From the NCBI RefSeq assembly GCF_006345805.1, contig NC_043000.1, positions 8,432,001 through 8,496,000 of the forward strand: a DNA stretch of 64,000 bases, given 5' to 3'. The position numbers and the translations under genes are program-made. Source of the DNA: Octopus sinensis (Eukaryota). Below, one piece after another: positions 49,481 through 63,177 of the stretch. Within the stretch, counting starts at the first letter, position 1. Each line of letters begins with the position of its first letter. The notes below the pieces were generated by a model, which did no database searches, was not told the origin of the DNA, and saw only the letters and a list, made by a program, of their open reading frames with translations.

Positions 49481-49490
49481 CTCTTGGTGT
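49415..49490 (+). terminator. Candidate cleavage/polyadenylation site
   Basis: TGTA at 49415 and 49424, overlapping AATAAA at 49453 and 49458, GT-rich downstream element gtgttggattgtgtaactcttggtgt from 49465. Confidence 0.45.
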
Positions 49491-50616
49491 AGGGTTATCT
49501 CCCTTACGTATCTTTCCGCACACCCCTACCTCGTCAATAATTGTCGTCAGAATTAACTCCCTTGGACCTCCTATTTGTTTTTTGCTTTTCACTAGATATG
49601 CTTATGACTATCTGGAGACAGTTTAGCTTCGAAAAGATCCATCTCGAAATATTTACCACAAACGGTGTTTTAATGATACTCTATTATTCGCAATTATTAT
49701 AAATCTTAGCCGCTGTTCACTTGTTTTTTTTCTTCTTTTTTTTTTTTTTAACTTACTGCTTCAGTAATCTTCTTAACTGATTTATATTCTAAACTTCTTC
49801 TGTTGCATATTTTTTAGTTTATCTTCTGAACAATAGTAATTATAATTATCTCTGTTAAAATATTATATTGTCATTTTAATTACAATGTTACTCTTTCCAT
49901 TTACTTTATACATTAAAGAAAGAAAAAACAACAAACAAACCCAACACAGACTTTTTGCTTCTTATCGATAAAAAAAAAGAGAAAATATTAATAAAATTTA
50001 TTTGTAAATGGATTTCTTGTTTCTGTTCTAACAAATGAAGGAATTCCTTTGCTACATTTTGCTATTATCTTCTATTGGCAGCATTTGCTTCTCCTGTCGA
50101 GTTTCCTTATTTTATGATGTGCAATTCTTCTCTCCTCCTCCTTCTTCTTCTTCTTCTTTTCTCATTCCTTAAAATTCTACTTCTGCTTATATATTCAACC
50201 GCTTCTTGTGCTTCCCTACACTGCATCTGATAATACTTCTATAGTCAATGCAGGATGTCGATGTCCCCTATTGCTTTTTCTAGTTTTCATTTTATAAAAA
50301 GAAAAAAATCCGCCCTTCTTCAGATTTTTATCTATCTATCTCTATATCGACCTTAATCACAAAGATATGGTTTCCCCAATTCCCCCCATTACCCAGAGAC
50401 TTTCATGAGCAATGTTTATTGTTTTGGTCTATTAGGAGAAAAATATGTGATAATTCCAGAATATTACAAAATTGGCACAATGTCAACTATTTATTTATTC
50501 AAAACATAAACATATTTTTAAGCATGAGACAATTTTCTTGTTTTGCTTTATATTGTATGTCAAAATCCATCAGATTGCACCACTATATTGTATACAGAAC
50601 CACCTTTTATTTGTTA

Positions 50617-50664
<48 letters not shown>

Positions 50665-50747
50665 AACTGTTATTACCATTTTGAAACTCATATATATATA
50701 TTATCATAAAAGGAAATGACTATGTCTGTGTTAATGAATCCATATAT

Positions 50748-50792
<45 letters not shown>

Positions 50793-51286
50793 CATGCACA
50801 CATAAAACACACACACAGACATACAGAGAGAGAGACACATACACAAACACACACACACACTCAAACACACACACACACACACACACACTCAAACACACAC
50901 ACACACACACTCAAACACACACACACATACTGTGGAAAAAAAATTCTCCCGCATTTTATAGTTGACAGAGTTTTTGACAGCAAATGCAAGCTGTACATTA
51001 GTCCAAGCCATAATGAGGAATGGGGGTGGGGGGAAAGATTAAAAAAAAAAGCTGGTAAAATGTTACCTACATGAAGACTGTTACCACCAGCCGAACTGGC
51101 TAATTTGCATCGAAACAAGTGTGGCAGGCTTTTTTTGCTGCATCCAGTGTGTATGTGTGTGTGTACACATACATTTAATTCAAAGATGAGGTCCTGATAT
51201 TGTCCGTATAGAATAGACTTAGTAGTGCTCAAGTAGTTAAAACTTGAGTAGATATAGAAGTTTAACTTGCTTATCCTTACTTTACT

Positions 51287-51331
<45 letters not shown>

Positions 51332-51890
51332 GTATCTTCTAGTTCAAATATGTCCAAATTTAGTTACTCTGGTCCTGTTATGTCTTTGTATAAATTAAGG
51401 GAATCCTTGGAAAAGACATACCCATTTTTTTCTTTTGTTTTATTATAATATTCATGAAACAACTTCCTTAGAATACGTTATCTGGAGCACCAAGCAACTG
51501 TTTTGTTGGGATAAAAATATATTATAAAACCTCAACTCAAACCAATCTTAATTTAAATAAAGCAATTTCATTCTTCCCTTATTTTATCTTTGTATTATAT
51601 TCTTCAACTCTAACATTAGTTGAATATAGACTAGTCAGCCAATAGTAGTAGTCGTTAAGAAATATTCATGCAGTGAACTGGCAGAATTGTTAGCACACTG
51701 GGCAGGATGCTTAGCGGCATTTTGTCTGTCTTTGCGTTCTGAGTTCAAATTCCACCAAGGTTGACTTTGCCTTTCATCCTTTTGGGGTGGATAAAATAAG
51801 TACCGGATGAGCACTGGGGTTGATGTAATCAACTTTCCTTTTCCCCCAAAACTACTGGCCTTGTCCCAAAATTTGAAACCATTATTATTA

Positions 51891-51935
<45 letters not shown>

Positions 51936-52317
51936 GTATCATTACTGCTTGGATGATGTTGGACTGGCAGAATCATTAGCAACCAGGAAGAATACTTAGT
52001 GGCATTTCTTCCAGCTCTTTAGGTTCTGTGTTCAAATTCCACCAAGGTTGACTTTGCCTTTCATCCTTTCGGGGTCAATAAAATAAGTAGCAGTTTAGCA
52101 CTGGGGTCATAGTAATTGACTAACCACCCTTCCCCCTTGTGCCTACAGTAGAAAGCATTATTGTTGTTATTATTTGGTGTGGTTTATTAGAAAGTAATGT
52201 CAGATATTCAACCTGTATTTCTAACAGACTAAAGATATTTCTTTTTGGTTTTCATAGCGTTTGGCAGCGTCATTTGTAAAAATTGTTTTTGAGTTTTTTA
52301 GAATAATTAATGTCTCA

Positions 52318-52362
<45 letters not shown>

Positions 52363-53041
52363 CACACACACACACACATACATGCATACACAATTGTCCT
52401 GATGCTTTGTAGAAAAACAATGTGACTGGCTTTTCTTCAATCTATTCTGATTTATACACAAATATCACAAAATACATCCACACTCAGGTATATTTTCCTC
52501 GTTACTCACCCCTCCCCCAACAACCACCACCACCACCTCTTTACTAATCACTATAAAATATGATCTCTACTGACCAACATGATATCAAATGGTAATAACA
52601 ATTGCATCATTATATTGTTGTTTGTTGTTTTTTCTTTCAGTAGTTTCTCCTAGTTCAGTTGATATCAGAACAATTTGCATGCAAGGCAAGCTCTTATAAT
52701 CTGTTCTATTAAATGTTACTTGTTAGTGTCACCTCAGTATCTTTTTTTTTTTTTCTTGTTCCTTTTTTTTTATGATACATTGCCTTTGTGATTTTGCACT
52801 TTGTGGATTTGCACTGGTCTTGTGCATGGGCTTCTTCCTTAGTGTTTTATTTTTATTTTCAACTTCATTAGCGGTTGATGCAAACAATTCTTTGTTTAAA
52901 TTCTTCTGTTTGTGTTCTATGTATGCTATATGAATAAATTCTTTTTCTACTCTCTTTACTGGATTTTTGTTTTTTTGCATCTGTTTCTGTTTAGTACTCT
53001 TTATGTATGTGTGTGTATGCATATATATATATATAAACACA

Positions 53042-53078
<37 letters not shown>

Positions 53079-53341
53079 ATGTGTATGTGTGTGTGTGTGT
53101 GGTATGTATTGTACGTGTGTGTCTATATGCATATATATAAATGTGTACGTTGGGTGTATGATATATAAAATATAAATGTATGCATGTGGTATGTGTGAGG
53201 TATAAATATATATTTATATAATGCATATATATTTGTATATATATTATATATATATATATATATATTATGTATATTTATATTTGTATGTGTGTAAGTGTAT
53301 ATATGTATAATATATATATAAATCTATATATATATATGCAC

Positions 53342-53418
<77 letters not shown>

Positions 53419-53460
53419 TATGTATATTTATATTTGTATGTGTGTAAGTGTATATATGTA

Positions 53461-53507
<47 letters not shown>

Positions 53508-54049
53508 TGTTTTCAGTATTATGTCCAATTTTGTTTATTTCAGTCAATGTTCAACAAGCGACATTGAATTACTTTTCAGGAGGAAACAAGTGAATTTGGG
53601 TATTCAGTTTATTGTTTATATAGACTATACCCAACTGTGATGAAATCCACTCGTGTGATTAGCAACATCTGGAAACCTATTACATGAACTTCACCTACTC
53701 ACTCAGAATTAAATTACTTCAGTTTTGTCACCATATTTTGATATTTTATTCTCTGCTATACACGTATACATATATATGAATGTGTGTGTGTGTGTAAATA
53801 TAAATATATTCACATATATATGCATACACGTCTATATACATATATATAAATGAATATATAAATATGTATATTTATACATGAATATATAGAGTTGCATTTA
53901 CATACATAAGAATATATACATCTGTATAAGATATACATAAATATACATATGTATATATATATATATATATATATAAATACATATACATATGTACATATAT
54001 ACATATACCTACAAATATATATGCATATGTATATATATATACATATGTA

Positions 54050-54240
54050 TGGGTGGCACGTAAAAAGTACCCACTACACTCACGGAGTGGTTGGCATTAG
54101 GAAGGGCATCCAGCCGTAGAAACACTGCCAGATTTGACTGGGCCTGATGAAGCCTTCTGGCTTCACAGACCCCAGTAGAACCGTCCAACCCATGCTAGCA
54201 TGGAAAACGGACGCTAAACGATGATGATGATGATGATGAT
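54050..54240 (+). mobile_element. RTE-related 3'-end short element; related copies at ~945-1150(-), 1560-1760(+), 6010-6185(+), 11455-11590(-), 61160-61520(+)
   Basis: Shared ggaagggcatccagc.gtagaaac...ccaacccatgctagcatggaaaacggacg.taaacgatgatgat end. Confidence 0.75.
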
Positions 54241-54508
54241 GTATATATGTTATATATATATATATATATAATATATAAATATATGCATATATACATACAT
54301 ATATATACATATATACATGCATCTATGGATACAAAACATCAAAAAAACATTGAACACAATGAGAAACAAAAACATAGAAAATGAACTTATTTTCGAACGA
54401 CGAAAAAAACAACAGAGAAATGAGAGATGCAAGATAAAGCATATTTCCCTTCATCAGTTGTCCCTGTTTCATCCACTCCGCGTTTCGAAGTATACATGTA
54501 TATATATA

Positions 54509-55182
54509 CTAGCAGTATCGCCCAGCGTTGCTCTGGTTTGTAAGGGAAAAAACTATATAAGCATTTTTAGAGAGTTACTTTCCTTATATAATAGCCAAAA
54601 ATTGCATTAAAAATGGGAAAAAATTATGGTAAATTTTTTTTTAAATCGTAGACTCATCGTAGACGCGCGCTAATACCCAGAAGGGCTTGATATGAATCAC
54701 GACTATAAGATACCCGGTTAAACTGGGTAAACTGCACTGCAAAATGTGGGAGTAGTTAGGAATCTAAATCGTAGGAGACAGACACACAACCTTACTTTTA
54801 TATATAAAGACTAACAGTATCGCCTGGTGTTGCTCGGGTTTGTAAGGGAAATAACTATAAAGCATTTTTAGATAGTTATAGCCAAAAAATAGCAAAAAAT
54901 GCATTAAAAATGGAAAAAATATGATGGTAAATTTTTTTTTAAATCGTTGACTCATCGTAGACATTTTTAGAGAGTTACTTCCCTTTAAAAAAATATGCAT
55001 TAAAATGGAAAAAAATGATGTTAAATTATTTTTTAAATCGTAGACTCATCGTAGACGCGCGCTAATACCCAGAAGGGCTCGATATGAATCCCGACTATAA
55101 GATACCCACTTTTGGTTAAACTGCACCGCAAAATGTGGGAGTAGTTAGGAATCTAAATCGTAGGAGACAGACACACAACCTT

Positions 55183-55195
<13 letters not shown>
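54509..55195 (-). mobile_element. Head-to-tail dimer of non-autonomous Helitrons (54509-54810 and 54811-~55195)
   Basis: CTAG at 54509-54512 followed by hairpin-like cccagcgttgctctgg; junction tatataaaga|ctaacagtatcgcctggtgttgctcggg; 5' part matches 58150-58385. Confidence 0.85.
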
Positions 55196-55221
<26 letters not shown>

Positions 55222-55249
55222 TACATAATTATATGTATATATATAAAGC

Positions 55250-55562
55250 AGCACTCCGTCAGTTATGATGACGAGGGTCCCAACTGATACGATCAACAGA
55301 ACAGTTTGCTCGTAAAATTAACAAGCAGTGGCAGAGCATTCCACAGATATATTTATCCTTAACATAGCTGAGAGATTCAGCGTGACACAGAGTGTGACAA
55401 GGCTGGCCCTTCGAAATACACGTACTACTTATTTTTACCAGTTGAGTGGACTGGAGGAATGTGAAATAAAGTGTCTTGCTTAAGGACAGAACGTGTGACC
55501 GGAAATTGAACTCACAACCTTATGATCATGAGCTGAATGCCCTAACCACTAAGCCACGTGCC
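55250..55562 (-). mobile_element. tRNA-derived SINE of a fourth family; partial copy at ~59850-59985
   Basis: Reverse head gaaattgaactcacaacc...ctaaccactaagccacg; core gagtggactggag..atgtgaaataaagtgtcttgct.aagga. Confidence 0.65.
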
Positions 55563-55588
55563 TTCACTTATGTATATATATACATATA

Positions 55589-55636
<48 letters not shown>

Positions 55637-57466
55637 ACATGTGTGCATATATATATATGCATATATATATGTATACATATATGTATATATATATACATAT
55701 ATATACATATACATATGTGTTTATATATATACACTTACATATACATATGTGTGTATATATATATATATAAATATAAAAATGGAACAAAACAATAAAGAGC
55801 ATTAAAACGTTCAGACAGATAGACAACACAAAGGCAGATAAGAGAAACAACAATTAGAAGGACAGGCAAAAAAGACGGGTCATTCTTAACTTTCTTTCTT
55901 CAGTCAGGTACCTAAAGTCACAACCATTTTGGACGGTTACACTTAAGATGGTTCGATCTGGTTGTCCCCCAAAAAGTCTAAGCTGAGAGCATTAGACCCC
56001 TTTGTAAAAAAGCTAGCAAGTGTGTATGGCAACAAAGACAAAAAATGGAGAACATGGTACAGAATTACAAATACAAACAACATATATGTACGTATATATA
56101 TGTATGTATATATATATATATATTTGGAGACGCAATGGCCCAGTGGTTAGGACAGCGAAATCGCAGTTTCGATTTCCTGATCAGGCATTGCGAGTGTTTA
56201 TTGAACAAAAACATATGAAGCTCCATCAGTGGGTGGTGGCGAACCCTGCTATACTCTTTCACCACAACTTTCTCACACTCTTCCTTTCGTCCTGTTTCTC
56301 TTGTACTTGTATTTCAAAGGGCCAGCTTTGAAATTCAATAAATTCTCATAAGCCTAGTTTCCCAGATTCTGTGGCATATATATTCCCCCTCCTGGATGGC
56401 ACATTGGTTTGCTGTAGGATTACTCATTTTGCCACCTGAGTGAACTGGAGCAACGTGAAATGAGATCTTTTTATCCAAACAGCTTGAAACAATTTATTTA
56501 AATAGGTTCAATTTTATTATTTATTTTACTGAAACAAAAAGAACTTCAAATTTTGGTGTTAAAAACACTTGAAATTATGGTTTAAAATCATATCTTTCAC
56601 AAAAAATAAGTCCTACCTATTAAAAAAGCTTATTAGAAGAGTAAGAGATGCAGCAGAGACTATCAAAATTAAGATAAACACATAAATGTCAACTGAGTTT
56701 GGATATTATATCATTATATCAAACCTTTGCATTTTGAGAATGCCAGAGACAGTAATAAGTTTTACTAACAAGCTAGTTTATGTTTTGTTAGTACAATGCT
56801 ATTGTTACTTCGACTAGCCAGATATTGTAGTTTTCTTGAAAACAGCTTTCATTACAGAAATATTGCATTTTCATAAGAATGATGCTTGTATTTTGTATTG
56901 TATGAAAACAACAGCGAGATTAAGAAATATAAAAAATTTCAATACCTTCAACCACCACCATCACTGCTGCTGTCACTACTATCATCAGCATCATCATTAT
57001 CATCCATCAATGATCTCTTCTCAAAGCTTGCATGGATCAGACGAAATTTGTTGGAGCAGATCTTCCATAGCTAGTTCTCCTCCTTGTCACCAATGCTCAC
57101 CTGTTTTCAAATAAGACCTGCTCTTCCGTATTCTCTCTGTTGTTTCTCCTCAAGGGCTAGAATTACAATCTTCAGCGACCGGTGCCACTCCTAACACCAC
57201 AAGGCCTTCTCCTCCCAGGTGCCTCGGGAGATACTGGAGTTCTTCACTTATCACTTTAGTACCTCCCTGTATCACAACCTTTGGTCACCATGACTGCAAC
57301 CATGCTGGAGCACTGCCTTTAGTCAAACAAACTGACCACAGGACTTATTCTTTGTAAGCCTAGTACTTATTCTATCAGTCTCTTTTGCTGAACTGCTAAG
57401 TTACATAAATACACCAACATTGGTTGTCAAGTGATGGTCAGAGAACAAACATAGACACACAAATGT

Positions 57467-57523
<57 letters not shown>

Positions 57524-57538
57524 ATATATATATATATA

Positions 57539-58385
57539 CTAGCAGAATTGCCCGGCGTTGCTCGGGGCTGAATTGCTTGAAAGTACTGTTAATGATTGCA
57601 CTGAATTATGATGATTATTCAGGCAAATATTGATATAAGTTTACGCTGGGAGATAAGGACTTAACGATCAAACGTGTGCCATTGCATTGTTTTGGGGGAA
57701 CCAAATTTCTGATGAGCATTATAGGGGCACCAACTTTAAGTTTGAGAATGTGTGGTGGTAGTCCGGGGTGCTCAAAGGAATTGAGTACCTCTATTGGATA
57801 GTTGATGACGTCCTCTGGGTCAGGAGTTGTATCGATAGACTGATATACATAGACTTCCCCAGGAATGAGTTTTAGCATTTCATCATTAATATGGTGAACA
57901 GTTTTATTCCTCGGGGCCAGTATAGCCTTTTGGCCAATCCAATCTATATTCTGATAATTAGCTTGTAGATCTGGGAACACTGCATCTCTGAGATCAGAAG
58001 GCGTCTTAACAATGGTACAAATGGAATCGATGGCAATATTACCATTTTCATCCCCTGGTATTTTGCCTTCGCCAAGTGCAAGGAGGGTGTGAGGAAATGC
58101 TGCTGATGTGATATTACGTCGCATATGAGCACACATATTGGTGTGAAGTTTGAGAGTTACTTCTCTTTATTAAAAAAAATATGCATTAAAATGGAAAAAA
58201 ATGATGGTAAATTATTTTTTAAATCGTAGACTCATCGTAGACGCGCGCTAATACCCAGAAGGTCTCGATATGAATCACGACTATAAGATACCCGGTTTTG
58301 GTTAAACTGCATCGCAAAATGTGGGAGTAGTTAGGAATCTAAATCGGAGTAGACAGACACACAACCTTTCTTTTATATATAAAGA
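57539..58385 (-). mobile_element. Internally deleted Helitron (847 bp) with a PIF1-like helicase fragment
   Basis: Minus strand A|TC...CTAG|T termini; subterminal hairpin CCCGAGCAACGCCGGG (57551-57566); ORF 57615-58136 has AILAPRN..V..IN and GLPPHILKLKVGAPIMLIRNL...CNGTRL, typical of Helitron RepHel helicase. Confidence 0.92.
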
Positions 58386-58905
58386 TTTTCGTCCTAAAAA
58401 ACTGTGTATGGATTGAATGGTTACCTCTATGGAAATATATACATGCACATTATACATAAATGTGTGTATAGATGAATATATAAATACATTTAAATATCTA
58501 TATACACTTTTGGGTGATCTTTCTGCTTCTTAGAGATAACTTTAGATCTTATTTTCGTCCTAAAAAACTTTGTATGGAGTGAATGGTTACCTCTATGGAA
58601 ATATATACACACACGTTATACATACATGTGTGCATAGATGAATATATAAATACATTTATATATCTATATACACTTTTGGGCGATCTTTCTGCTACTTAGA
58701 GATAACTTTAGATCTTATTTTCGTCCTAAAAAACTTTGTGCGGAGTGAATGGTTACGTCTATGGAAATATATACACACACATTATACATACATCTGTATA
58801 TAGATGAATATATAAATACATTCAAATATCTATATACACTTTTGGGCGATCTTTCTGCTACTTGGATATACTTTAGATCTTATATTCGTCCTAAAAAACT
58901 TTATA
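58386..58905. repeat. 166-bp minisatellite, 3 full copies plus a partial
   Basis: ttcgtcctaaaaaac recurs at 58388, 58554, 58720, 58885. Confidence 0.92.
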
Positions 58906-59161
58906 TGAATTGAAAAAGAAAATGAATTGAAATTTTTAAGAAAGGGATTTGTTTACATACATGTGTCAAATGGCAAATGTTTGTGCAGTTGTCCGAAATG
59001 GAACCAGGGTAAATGTGTGGAACTGATGTATTATAATGAATAGTCCTTCTTGTTGTGAATATTAATTTGATTAATATGAACTGAAAACCAGTGGTGTAGC
59101 ATATTAGACCATAGGTGATCTTCTAGCAAAAAGGATGACCAGTCTGACTGGCTCATCCCTG

Positions 59162-59217
<56 letters not shown>

Positions 59218-59249
59218 CCTCACACACACGCACACACACACACTCACAC

Positions 59250-59281
<32 letters not shown>

Positions 59282-61542
59282 GTTAGCTTACAATGTTATT
59301 TATATATTTGCGTGTCTATGTGTGTAAAGAGAAAGTGGGAGTAATAGGCAGGAGAAAGTAGGAGAAATTATGGTGATAGCATGAGTGAAGCAGTTCATCC
59401 CTTTTATATAAATACTTTCACTTTAATCGTTGCACACTTGCAAAGAGAAAGGAGGAGAAAGTGTAGTGGTAATGGTATGAGTGAATCACTTGAACTGAAA
59501 GAGAAAAATCGTTAAATAGTTAGTTTTCTTGAATTTTTGCTTAATTGGGGGTGAAATTGAAAAAACTTTACATGCCACGACCCGATGTATTCTACTTATA
59601 AAAATGTTAGGTAAATTCTAATTGAAGAAATTCTATATTGTAGATTTGTATAATAAACAAACGGTTTGGGAGGCAGATAAAATCTGCCTTTTATAATAAG
59701 AGATATATATATATACATGATGGGCTTCTTTCAGTTTCTGTCTACCAAATCCACTCACAAGACTTGGCCCAAGGTTATAGTAGAAGATGCTTTCCCAAGG
59801 TGCCATGCAGTGGGACAGCACCTGGAGCCCTGTGGTTGGGAAGCAAGCCTCTTACCACACAGTGGACTGGAGAAATGTGAAATGAAGTGTTTTGCTCAGG
59901 AACACAATACATTTCCTGGTCCAGGAATTAAAACCACAATCTTAGAATCATATTTTCATCACTCTGACCACTAAGCCATGCACCTACACACACATGCACA
60001 CACACACACACATGTGCGCATTTATGAACATAGTATTTACATTACTTTCTACATTAAGAAATATAATTATATTATGTAGAAGTGGTTACAATCCAAGATG
60101 TCATTATGAAGCATGTTGACATGTTCCAATAATCAAATGTATGTATACAGGAGTTTTATTTTAAATGAGGCATACGTACTTGTTGAGATTTCTGTGGGAT
60201 TATATTATTATATTTGCAGAGTTAGCATATTTTAAAACAAAGACTGGAGAATTTGGTATATTTGTAACATGGAATTAGAGATATACCAAATCTTCCAATC
60301 TTTTGTTTTAATTCATAATTGTTATATACGATATAATTCAATAAATTTGATTGGCTCAAAAATGATACAAAAAGGTTGTTAATTATTTAATTAGATTCAT
60401 ACAATGACAGCAACAATCAGTGAAAACAATTATATAATTCCCCTGCCTGCAATACCTACAAAATATATTATGTTTTCTTGACAATTTACTTTTCTTGTGT
60501 GACTTTCTGTCAACACTATTCTCTGATGAGGCTTACATTTCCAGTTTATATAAATCTGTTATAAATACATTGATTACGACAAAAAACAGGTTAAAGAATA
60601 TGCTATCTTCAGCACTATCCAAAGAACAAAATGTATTGAATCCTCTACAGGAAATGGAACTAAGTCTCTACTCTACAGGTCAAGTATGTATTCTGTATTC
60701 ATTCACATTCAAAATTCATTGCACTTATAAATGTCATTTAACTGTAATTTGCTGTAATTATTTCAAATGCATATCTTTCTTCTTCTTCTTCTTCTTCTTC
60801 TTCTTCTTCTTTGCCCCTTGTTTTATCATAATTTCTTCCTCACTCTTTTTCTTCTCATATTGTCACTTACCCACACGTGTAAAAAATATACCTGTCCCTG
60901 CTTCAACCAAGTTTATTTTCAGGCTCACCTGACCAAAATGAGTTGATGGACATGGTATAGAAAGAAAGTTCAACAACTACAATGCCAGTTACCTGCTGAC
61001 CTGGAACCAAAAACTCCAAATGTGACTCACAAAATTTGGCTTTGAATAAATATGATTCTACTCTAACCATATTGACTACTTTTTTTTCACTTAATTCTAA
61101 CTCTAACTTCAGTGAAATCACAACTCACTGTATATGTGTGTGTGTATATATATATGTGAGTTCATGGCTGTTTCCTGCACCAGCTTCACATAGAAGCCCC
61201 AGCCCATCCAAAGTGCCTTGGGTTGCAGGATGGCCTGCTGTGCTTACCTTGGAACGTCGGGCGACCTGCTGTTGTTGAGGAGACTTATTGAGTCAAGTAC
61301 ATCAACATCAAAAATCAAATGGAAATTGTAGTTGTGATACCTGTGCTGGTGGCACGTATAAAGCACCCACTACACTCATGGAGTGGTTGGTGTTAGGAAG
61401 AGCATCCAGCTGTAGAAACACTGCCAGATCAGACAGGAGCCTGGTGCAGCCTCCTGGCTTCCCAAACCCCAGTCGAACTGTCCAACCTATGCTAGCATGG
61501 AAAATGGACGTTAAACGTAGAGAAGAGAGAAATATATATATG

Positions 61543-62075
61543 CAGGGTGATTGAAAAGTAACTCCCTATTTTAAAATAATTATAAATTATTTATTAATTG
61601 TAATTTTTACAAAAAACTGGATATGAGACGAAAGATTTTAGTGTGAGGCTTTATTTAAAATTTGATTTGGGCTCCAGATGTCACCACCAGCTTCTTGAGT
61701 TGCCCAGGAATTGCGTTGACAGATTTCGTCAGAAACTCTTGTGGGATGGAAGGAGACATAACTTCTCATATTCACCCTTCAAGTTCTTCCAAAGTCTTTG
61801 GTTTGGTACAGTAGAATTGTTCTTTTAACCAACACCCAAAAAGAAGTCACAGGGTGTTACATTGGGACTTTTTGCTGGCCACTCATGTGGACAACAACGA
61901 CCCATCCATCTCCTGGGAAAGTGGGCATTCAACCATTTGTGAATGACAAAAGCAATACAATTAAAGAATAAATTCTCATACTTCAAAAAATGAACAAAAA
62001 ATTTAAGGAAAAAATTACAAATGATAAATAATTCTTAAGTATTTTAATATAGGGAGTTACTTTCCAATCACCCTG
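61543..62075 (-). mobile_element. Tc1/mariner deletion derivative (533 bp) with both TIRs
   Basis: CAGGGTGATTGAAAAGTAACTCCCTAT / ATAGGGAGTTACTTTCCAATCACCCTG|TA; minus-strand 61834-61881 reads WPAKSPNVTPCDFFLG (consensus WPPRSPDLTPCDFFLWG). Confidence 0.88.
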
Positions 62076-62080
62076 TATGG

Positions 62081-62118
<38 letters not shown>

Positions 62119-62360
62119 TTGAAACATTCCTGTCACAACCTGGGACCTTGAAGACTGCTTAAATGCAAGAAAGTATACTAGTCCCTTAATATTTGATATT
62201 CAATATTTCATCTATTCAATAAGACAATCAATATTTCATTTCATTTTACTATATATACTATTTATACTATATATTCTATATTCTACATTAATATTATAAA
62301 GAGTATAAATAAAACAGACACAGTTAGAATTCCTTTGAATAATAATATATATATATATAT

Positions 62361-63000
62361 AGGTGCAGAAGCGGCTGTGTGGTAAGTAGCTTGCTTACCA
62401 ACAACATGGTTCTGGGTTCAGATCCACTGCGTGGCACCTTGGGCAAGTCTTCTACTATAGCCTCGGGCTGACCAAAGCCTTGTGAGTAGATTTGGTAGAC
62501 AGAAACTGAAAAAAGCCCGTCGTGTATATGTATATATATATTTCTTTACTACCCACAAGGGGCTAAACACAGAGGGGACAAACAAGGACAGACAAAGGGA
62601 TTAAGTCGACTACATCGACTCCAGTGCGTAACTGGTACTTAATTTATTGACCCCGAAAAGATGAAAGGCAAAGTCGACTTCGGCGGAATTTGAACTCGGA
62701 ACGTAACGACAGACGAAATACGGCTACGAATTTCGCCCAGCCTGTTAACATTTCTACCAGCTCGCCGCTAGTATATATATGTTTGTGTGTCTGTCTCCCC
62801 CACCCAACGTTGCTTGACAACCAATGCTGGTGTGTTTACGTTCCTGTAACTTAACGGTTCAGCAAAAAAGACTGATAGAATAAGTACTAGGCTTACAAAG
62901 AATAAGTACTGGGGTCGATTTGCTTGACTAAAGGCGGTGCTTCAGCATGGCCACATTCAAATGACTGAAACAGGTAAAAGAGTAAAAAAGAGTGAAGAGT
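62361..63000 (+). mobile_element. Family-B SINE with a family-A SINE inserted in reverse orientation (~62541-62768)
   Basis: B head ggtgcagaagcggctgtgtggtaag; insert contains cggcggaatttgaactcggaacgt (reverse of the A head); B body resumes at gtttgtgtgtctgtc. Confidence 0.85.
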
Positions 63001-63177
63001 ATATATATATATATATGAGATAGAGATATTGTCAATGCTGGTATCACATAAAAAGTATCCAGTCTACTCTGTAAAGTGGTTAGCATTATGAAGGGCATCC
63101 AGCTGTAATAACCATGCCAAATCAGGCAATAGAGCTTGGTACATGATGATATATATATATATATATATATATATATC

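Noticed and set aside
55476-55853. YI/YM/HT/poly-I/poly-N-rich ORFs here and at ~8272, 9404, 18902, 38007, 44761, 50784, 52729
   Set aside because: Translations of (AT)n, (CA)n, (TACA)n and (ATT)n microsatellites
58386-58905. Regularly spaced repeats (also 63459-63936) superficially like a CRISPR array
   Set aside because: Whole units repeat with no unique spacers, periods are 159-166 bp, and the context is eukaryotic with no cas genes
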